DNA of 64,000 nucleotides from assembly GCA_020697715.1 (NCBI GenBank), contig JAEHCO010000002.1:32001-96000 (forward strand), read 5' to 3'. The notes beneath the pieces are model-generated. The model was given only the letters and a program-made list of their open reading frames with translations. It did no database searches and was not told the origin of the DNA. The DNA comes from Methanobacteriota archaeon. Its GTDB lineage: Archaea; Thermoplasmatota; Thermoplasmata; SG8-5; JAGLSY01. The translations under genes were made by a program, and so were the position numbers. This document shows, piece by piece, positions 57,714 through 64,000 of the stretch (position 1 is its first letter; every line of letters begins with the position of its first letter).

Positions 57714-58346
57714 ATGATTAATGATATATTTATGGATGGAATGGGGAAGAAAATAATGAAAAATATAAGTTTGAAAGGAAGGAAAGAGAAGCTCAAGAGG
57801 ATGCTCAGCTTGCATCCTGCGGTATGTCCGAAGTGTAATCAAGGTGTACAGGTTGGCTTCGTGTGGGGTCCTTATCTCAAATGGGTATCCAAAAGTCACA
57901 AGAGACCACCAAAAGATCCTCTTTTTTGTCTTATGGATGAATTTTTGCCAGCGTATTTATGTGAGCACTGTGACCTGGTCTTTGGAATTAGCAGACCTTT
58001 AGAGAGGAAACAGATCAAAGTTACTGGCATGGAAGGAAAGCCATTGACTTTCTGCACCTACTGTGGAAATAATAAATTAGAAACCGGTCATATATACTCC
58101 CCTAGGTACATATCCTGGTCTAAAGATAGAGGCCTCCTCGCAGCTCGTGGTAAATTAGTCCATTTGGTAGCCGTCACGGGCTTCCATAATAGAAGGCTGT
58201 CTACCAGAAGATGTCGGAACTGTGGCATGTTTTATTCTAAATTCCACCCCAAGAAGGTTAACAGGTCAAACATAAAATGGCTGATTTTATTGCTGGCTAT
58301 TGTCGCTTACCTTTTATTGGGACTCATCTTTATTTTGATCAAATAG
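57714..58346 (+). CDS. Double Zn-ribbon protein (DUF6487-like) with C-terminal TM
   Basis: Two CxxC..G....W..CxxC modules; start uncertain. Confidence 0.65.
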   Translation: MINDIFMDGMGKKIMKNISLKGRKEKLKRMLSLHPAVCPKCNQGVQVGFVWGPYLKWVSKSHKRPPKDPLFCLMDEFLPAYLCEHCDLVFGISRPLERKQIKVTGMEGKPLTFCTYCGNNKLETGHIYSPRYISWSKDRGLLAARGKLVHLVAVTGFHNRRLSTRRCRNCGMFYSKFHPKKVNRSNIKWLILLLAIVAYLLLGLIFILIK

Positions 58347-58369
58347 AACTATTATAGAAAAAATAGAAA

Positions 58370-58399
58370 AATGAAAGTGCTCATCTGAGCACTTTCATT
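58370..58399. terminator. Perfect palindrome between convergent genes
   Basis: AATGAAAGTGCTCA-TC-TGAGCACTTTCATT. Confidence 0.7.
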
Positions 58400-58404
58400 C
58401 GACT

Positions 58405-59076
58405 TTATGGTCTTGGCTCCATGAAGCCCTCACCATTTCCGGGCATTCCTTGGCTATGGTCTCCCATTCCTGGGCCACCCATGCCGGGGCCACCGGGTCT
58501 ACGTCCCATGCCGCCGTCCATTCCTGGCCTTCCGCCTTTCATGTCGCCTGGCTCTCCGAAACCGGGACCTGGCTGTATGCCTTCTTTGTGTCCCATCAGT
58601 CTGGGAGGAAGCACGATGTCATATTCATCCAGTTTTTCCTTGACCAGTTCCCTAAGAGCCTGTATCTCGGTTACCTGGGTCTCGACCTCGCTTCGGATCT
58701 CGTCTCTTGAAAGACCTTCATCTCTAAGCTCGCGGATGGTCTCACGAACTTCTTTTTCCAGTTCGTGTATGGCGTCCATGTTCTCTTCAAGTTCAAGGAT
58801 CTCCTCATCCGTCATGCCGTATTCAACGAGGTTCTCTCTTATCTGTTCCCTTATCATATTGCGGGTCTCATTACGGATCTCGCCCATCTGATCTTGGGTT
58901 ATCAGGTAATTGGCATCCTCGTCAGCTACCTCGTCATAAATAGCATCGAACTCACTCATTGGTTCTTCCAATGCAGGATCTTGCACCATGGCATCATCCT
59001 GTGCCAGCACGACTCCGAAGGCCGCGATCATTATCACGGTAGCCACCAGGCCGGCTATTATCATATTTTTCTTCAT
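58405..59076 (-). CDS. Secreted helical protein with G/P/M-rich tail
   Basis: Signal peptide, E/R/I helical core, GGPGMG repeats. Confidence 0.85.
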   Translation of the reverse strand: MKKNMIIAGLVATVIMIAAFGVVLAQDDAMVQDPALEEPMSEFDAIYDEVADEDANYLITQDQMGEIRNETRNMIREQIRENLVEYGMTDEEILELEENMDAIHELEKEVRETIRELRDEGLSRDEIRSEVETQVTEIQALRELVKEKLDEYDIVLPPRLMGHKEGIQPGPGFGEPGDMKGGRPGMDGGMGRRPGGPGMGGPGMGDHSQGMPGNGEGFMEPRP

Positions 59077-59210
59077 ATTATCACCTTTTCCTGTTGATCC
59101 TGATCAACCAAGTTGACGTCCTATCAACATTATTGCTATTGACGAGATATATAAATATCAATTTTCCAGAATTGATACCTAAAGGATTCCAATTCTGACC
59201 CAAATTGTGC

Positions 59211-59714
59211 CTATTTCTGCGAGAGATATAGCAGGGTGAACAAAGCCACGAGGGCGAACATGTCCGGGATCATGGAGAAAAGACCGAAGCTGATGGGCTT
59301 GAGCCCCATCAGTCTTGGGATGATCGGGTTTGCGGTCAGGGCATATACAAAGAATGAAGCCATTACTACCATGAGCCCCAAGGTGAATTGGGACTTTGTC
59401 TGTTTATATATTTTATAATAAATAAAAATGAGCATCAGGGAAATGGTCATGTTGGCGAAGGTGATGGCGGTCTTTAGCTTCAAGTGTCTCTCCAAGAGTT
59501 CTGGATCATCACGTTCCTGGTCAAATCGGTAATCCTTTGGTCTATCCAGGGCTTCATCCTCTGGAGGTGGTAGCTTTATGTCTATAAGCATGCCTGCGAT
59601 TATAATGCTTAGGAGCGAGACTATTACCACTATCAATGCCAGTATCATGAAGTTCTTGTTCAGGCCCTTGCCTTCCCTGCTTTTAGGCTTTTCCTCAATA
59701 TTGTCATCGCTCAT
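59211..59714 (-). CDS. Four-TM membrane protein co-encoded with an ArsR-type regulator
   Basis: YYKIYKQTKSQFTLGL, ANP and PD motifs. Confidence 0.82.
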   Translation of the reverse strand: MSDDNIEEKPKSREGKGLNKNFMILALIVVIVSLLSIIIAGMLIDIKLPPPEDEALDRPKDYRFDQERDDPELLERHLKLKTAITFANMTISLMLIFIYYKIYKQTKSQFTLGLMVVMASFFVYALTANPIIPRLMGLKPISFGLFSMIPDMFALVALFTLLYLSQK

Positions 59715-59715
59715 G

Positions 59716-60036
59716 CTATCTCTCCTTATGTTCTTGCTTATTTAATTGATTTTTACCAATTTTCACCCAAATCTCCTCGAATATCTCATAATCCTCTTCA
59801 AGCAGTTCGGACACAAAATACATACGACCATATTTCTGGCCATGATATGTTATAAGATTGTTCTTCATGAGGACGTCCAGGTGATGCCTGATCGTTTTAT
59901 AATCTAGTTCCAGGCGCTCGGCCAGTTGATTGGCATTGGCTGGTTCGTCATTGAGTGAGTGGATTATCCGGGCTCTATTGACCCCGCCCTCACTACCTGC
60001 TATCAGCCACCATAGCAGCTGTTTTATCGCCCTCAT
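59716..60036 (-). CDS. ArsR-like winged-HTH regulator
   Basis: LLWWLIAGSEGG.NRARII, NANQLA..L.LDYKTIRHHLDVL, YG..YF. Confidence 0.92.
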   Translation of the reverse strand: MRAIKQLLWWLIAGSEGGVNRARIIHSLNDEPANANQLAERLELDYKTIRHHLDVLMKNNLITYHGQKYGRMYFVSELLEEDYEIFEEIWVKIGKNQLNKQEHKER

Positions 60037-60163
60037 TGAATTACCGTATCTCGTGGTTGGTATTTTAGATTTGGTGTCATTGCGATTATCATTATCATTA
60101 TAATTAACATGATTACGATCATTATAATTGATATAAATGGGTCATGAAAATATTTGATGATGC

Positions 60164-60844
60164 CTATTCTTCTGAGTCATCAGATATTTCATCTTCTTCT
60201 TCGACCAGATCTTCCTTGTCAAGTCCTTTGTACCCCAGTGCGATAATGTATATCTCCGAGCTGGAGCTTCTTGAGGCAATTGGAGAATGGCGTTTCGCCA
60301 TTCTAAATCTCGTTCTGATCTCCTTGTGGAAGAAATCATGTGTCATGTCTCCATCAAAGACCTTGACAACATAGCCACCACCGGGTCTGAGATATTCCTC
60401 TGCAAAGGATAATGACAGCTCTGCCAGGCCTACAGAAACTGCGTGATCCATGTGATAGTTACCGCTTATCTTCGGGGACATATCCGATATAACGACATTG
60501 ACCTTGATATTCTTCTCTCTTTCTTTCTCCAGTATCTCGTTTATGGCCCTCTTCACGCGTTCGGATTTGGCATTCCCCTTTATGAGATGGACACCTTTTA
60601 TCGGCTCTATTGGCTTCAGATCCACGCCTATGACAAGACCTTCCTCGCCGACAAGTTCCTTTGCCACCTGACACCATCCACCTGGATTGGCCCCCAGATC
60701 GATTATGATATCGCCTTCTTTAATTATGCGATATCTCTCGCACATCTGCTGGAGTTTGAAGGCCGCGCGGCTCCTGAAGTTCTGAGCCTTCGCCTTCTTG
60801 TAGAAGTGGTCCTTTCTTCTATTCGCCTGCCAGTTCTTTGCCAT
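60164..60844 (-). CDS. rlmE: 23S rRNA Um2552 2'-O-methyltransferase
   Basis: FRSRAAFKL, DLGANPGGW, SDMSP, KVF, SRSSSSEIY. Confidence 0.96.
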   Translation of the reverse strand: MAKNWQANRRKDHFYKKAKAQNFRSRAAFKLQQMCERYRIIKEGDIIIDLGANPGGWCQVAKELVGEEGLVIGVDLKPIEPIKGVHLIKGNAKSERVKRAINEILEKEREKNIKVNVVISDMSPKISGNYHMDHAVSVGLAELSLSFAEEYLRPGGGYVVKVFDGDMTHDFFHKEIRTRFRMAKRHSPIASRSSSSEIYIIALGYKGLDKEDLVEEEDEISDDSEE

Positions 60845-60867
60845 ATTCGATTCCTCCATTATATTCT

Positions 60868-60918
60868 GGAATCTTGAATGCAATCGCTTTGCTCTCGCAT
60901 TCAAAACTTCTCCATTCC
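60868..60918 (-). promoter_or_regulatory. 5' leader RNA hairpin motif shared with rpl10e
   Basis: 31/36 nt identical to the rpl10e leader. Confidence 0.65.
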
Positions 60919-60942
60919 GCATCTCTCACTTTGTTCTCGCAA

Positions 60943-61530
60943 TTAAACACCCAATTTGGTCTGCTTAGTATCTATCACTAGGTTACTGGCAGAGAACTTA
61001 TTGATTATAAAATGTAGTATCATCTCATTCAATTCATCATCATATGGTTTTACTGATCTGTAAGCGGGATCATTATATCTTGTTTTGATGCCGCGTTTGT
61101 TCAACACTTTCTTGATCTCGGTTCTTTCTTCACTGGAAATCTTCTTCACATTATTACCTAGATTTGGTCCGATGCCAGACCTTTCAAGTTCTTCCAGGAA
61201 TACTGGCCTTCTGAATAGCTTCTGGAAGCTGTAGACCATGAATGCTGCCTTATCATCATTTATCATATCAAGATCCGCACAGTAAGAACCAATGGTCTCG
61301 TAGATGTCCATGTCCGTTGTCGTGGGTGCGGAGTACACCTTTGAAGGTGGGATATCCTTGGCCTTGACAACATTCAGATCTTCCATCGCTCTTAGATATC
61401 CGGTTAAGATGAGGCGATGTATGTCATACCCTTCTTCTTTGAGAAGCCGGTGTAAGCTTGAAATGGATCTATCTTCATTTTTCAAAGAATCTAGTATTAT
61501 TTCTTTGAATGTTTTGTCTGGTATGAACAT
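60943..61530 (-). CDS. Uncharacterised protein with N-terminal winged-HTH
   Basis: SISSLHRLL..HRLILTGYLRAM..PPSKVY; C-terminal QTKL (PIP-box-like). Confidence 0.8.
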   Translation of the reverse strand: MFIPDKTFKEIILDSLKNEDRSISSLHRLLKEEGYDIHRLILTGYLRAMEDLNVVKAKDIPPSKVYSAPTTTDMDIYETIGSYCADLDMINDDKAAFMVYSFQKLFRRPVFLEELERSGIGPNLGNNVKKISSEERTEIKKVLNKRGIKTRYNDPAYRSVKPYDDELNEMILHFIINKFSASNLVIDTKQTKLGV

Positions 61531-61543
61531 CTGATAACCAACC

Positions 61544-61598
61544 TGGTAACAGATTTGGTAATAAATAAAACCTTCGGCCTTAAATCCTGTTACCAAAT
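61544..61598. promoter_or_regulatory. Repeated TGGTAA boxes in a divergent promoter
   Basis: TGGTAACAG (61544), TTTGGTAA (61554) and inverted CTGTTACCAAA (61587). Confidence 0.5.
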
Positions 61599-61781
61599 AT
61601 AGTTCAAAAATCTCTTTAAACCATAGATGATATGATAGGGTTCCACATCAGATGAAACAATGTGTATGGTGTATGCGTGGCACACGTATATCGTGTATAC
61701 CCAGTGTTTCGACAAACTGAGGAAGGCATGGAGGAGGCCTGATACAGCAAATGATGATGTATCAGGTAGAGGGTGTTCGTT

Positions 61782-63896
61782 ATGAAACCAGCACAGACCA
61801 AGGAAGGAAGTAGATCCCCAATGGGGATGGGAATTGGAGATCCTGAATCGACAGAATTATCTCTGTTCGTCAGGACATCGGATGAGGATATCAAGGGATG
61901 GGACAGAGCGAAGATCCATGATGCCCTCATTAAGGAAACAAGTATCAGTGAGGACGCGGCATCCATCGTGGCAAGAGAGGTTGAGAAGCTTATAATCAAC
62001 CTCGAATTGGATTATATCACAGCACCCTTGATAAGGGAGTTGACAAATGCCAAGCTAGTGGAATACGGCTTGGCCACGATAAGAAAACAACACACGAGAC
62101 TCGGAGTTCCGTTATATGATGCGAGACAGATAATCATAAACCCGAACAAAGAGAATGCCAATGTCCCACATGGTCCAGAGGCGACGAACCTCACCCTCGC
62201 GGAGAACATAAAGAAGGAATTCGCCCTGATCGAGATATTCGATCCGTCGATCGCAGATGCCCACATGAAGGGCGAGATACACCTTCATGATCTGGGAATG
62301 ATAGACAGGCCGTATTGTAGCGGCCAGTCCATCGAATATGTGAAGAAGTTCGGATTGAATCTACCCGGGGCGATGTCCATAGCGAAGCCAGCCAAACATC
62401 CCGACGTTCTGATAGAACATGTCGTGAAGTTCTCGGCCGCTTTGCAGGGGCATTTTGCCGGAGCGATCGGATGGGATGCCTTCAACCTCTTCCTAGCGCC
62501 TTACCTCGAGAATGTAGATGATGTGCAAATGAAACAGCTTGCCCAAATTTTGGTGTACGAGTTCGCACAGCAAGCTGTCGCAAGGGGCGGTCAGTCAATA
62601 TTCAGTGATCTGAACCTGTATTGGGAAGTTCCCAAGCACTTTGAGAATGTGGAGGCAATAGGCCCAGGAGGAGTTAACCTGGGACATTCCTATGCTGAAT
62701 ACCTTCCCGAAGCGCAGAGATTTGTCAATGCATTGTTCGATGTTTACCTGGAGGGAGATGCTCTGGGACGCCCCTTCTTTTTCCCCAAGCCCAATGTCCA
62801 CATGACCGAGAAGTTCTTCAATAGTGATGGGCATGAAGAATTCCTCAATAAGATATGCACTGTGGCTTCTGAGAAAGGGAACACGTATTTTGTATTTGAC
62901 AGGGGAGACACAGCGAAGATCAGCGAATGTTGCCGTCTTACATTCAAGCTCGAGCAGGGTGATCTGGATGACGCCAAGACACCCTGGAAGATGAGATACT
63001 CCGCCATTCAGAATGTTACTATCAATTTGCCAAGAATTGCCTATGAGGCGAATATGGATGATGATAGGCTGTTCGAACTGATAACAAATAGGATCGAACT
63101 GGTCGCCAGGGCGCACGTTGCTAAGAAAGACTTCATTGTCAAGCTTCTTGGACTTGGCAAGTACGGGCCGCTCTCATTATTAGCGATGGAATTGGATGGA
63201 GAACCATATTACAGAATGCACAGAGCGACATTCCTCGTTGGAATGCTGGGTCTTAATGAGATGGTGCAATTCCACACAGGAGACCAGATGCATGAGAACA
63301 AGGATGCTCTGATGTTCGGCCTTAAGATAATCGCTTACATGAACAAGGAAGCGCAAAGGATCGGGGAAAAGTACGGTATAAAGATGCCACTGGAACAGAC
63401 CCCGGCAGAGTCAACCGCTTACAGGATGGCACGCCTTGACATGAAGTATTATCCACTTCAGGCTCCCACGATCATCAGGGGGGACAAGAGCACTGGAGAG
63501 ATATACTACACGAATTCCACTTACATGAATGTGGGTATCGAGCAAAATCCGATCGACAAGGTGAAGAAAGAGGGTTTATTCCACCCTCTGATAGAAGCAG
63601 GGGCACTTACCCATGTGTGGCTTGGAGAATCCAAGCCCAACCCTGATAGTCTTGCCAATTTTGTGAAGAAGACGATGTGGAACACCCAGAATACGCAGAT
63701 AGCTTTCAGTCCAGAGTTCACATCTTGCCTGGACTGTGGAAGGACAATGAGAGGATTGTCAGAGGCATGTCCCAAATGCTCTTCATTGAATGTGGAGGGC
63801 ATAACCCGGGTGACAGGTTTCTTCTCCAAAGTGGGATCATGGAACAAGGGCAAGACAGGGGAGCTGAACGACAGGTTCAAAGTAGATATTCATTAG
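61782..63896 (+). CDS. nrdD: Class III anaerobic ribonucleoside-triphosphate reductase
   Basis: ATP cone, HLHDL..RPYC, SECCRL, TPAES, YYTNS, CxxC..CxxC, TRVTGF glycyl-radical loop. Confidence 0.96.
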   Translation: MKPAQTKEGSRSPMGMGIGDPESTELSLFVRTSDEDIKGWDRAKIHDALIKETSISEDAASIVAREVEKLIINLELDYITAPLIRELTNAKLVEYGLATIRKQHTRLGVPLYDARQIIINPNKENANVPHGPEATNLTLAENIKKEFALIEIFDPSIADAHMKGEIHLHDLGMIDRPYCSGQSIEYVKKFGLNLPGAMSIAKPAKHPDVLIEHVVKFSAALQGHFAGAIGWDAFNLFLAPYLENVDDVQMKQLAQILVYEFAQQAVARGGQSIFSDLNLYWEVPKHFENVEAIGPGGVNLGHSYAEYLPEAQRFVNALFDVYLEGDALGRPFFFPKPNVHMTEKFFNSDGHEEFLNKICTVASEKGNTYFVFDRGDTAKISECCRLTFKLEQGDLDDAKTPWKMRYSAIQNVTINLPRIAYEANMDDDRLFELITNRIELVARAHVAKKDFIVKLLGLGKYGPLSLLAMELDGEPYYRMHRATFLVGMLGLNEMVQFHTGDQMHENKDALMFGLKIIAYMNKEAQRIGEKYGIKMPLEQTPAESTAYRMARLDMKYYPLQAPTIIRGDKSTGEIYYTNSTYMNVGIEQNPIDKVKKEGLFHPLIEAGALTHVWLGESKPNPDSLANFVKKTMWNTQNTQIAFSPEFTSCLDCGRTMRGLSEACPKCSSLNVEGITRVTGFFSKVGSWNKGKTGELNDRFKVDIH

Positions 63897-64000
63897 ATAG
63901 TAGATCATACATCACACATCATGATTAACTCCCCCTTTTTTTTTGTATCTTTTTAAAGTAATTTAGAATGAAGTATGTTGATAGACAAAAAAGTGGGACG

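Overview
Archaeal chromosomal window, probably Thermoplasmatota. The evidence is GGTGA/GGAGG Shine-Dalgarno sites, TATA promoters, PAN, MBF1, uL16/L10e, Nop5, a split GMP synthase, tetraether synthase with geranylgeranyl reductase, and PEF/PGF-CTERM surface proteins. It is mostly housekeeping genes (pyrG, purM/E/Q, guaAB, pyrF, thiC/thiL, mutL, corA, hom, mtnA, AOR, rlmE, nrdD) interleaved with large secreted or membrane proteins. I recognised no rRNA, tRNA, CRISPR array or intact transposase. The most notable signals are mostly non-coding. (1) A 36-nt hairpin motif with a compensatory base-pair change sits at the same distance upstream of rpl10e (uL16) and rlmE, two large-subunit maturation genes 47 kb apart. 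(2) A 50-bp GTAC-box/TATA/GTAC-box promoter block is shared by unrelated genes. (3) A dispersed palindromic repeat family is present. (4) A structured ~220-bp IS200/IS605-like mini-element appears inserted into a terminator loop. (5) hom appears to use an AUU start. The window also holds a 1696-aa HhH/acidic/NG-repeat/TM/beta-propeller/PEF-CTERM protein and a tes-ferredoxin-GGR operon. All family assignments come from motif recognition by eye, not database searches.
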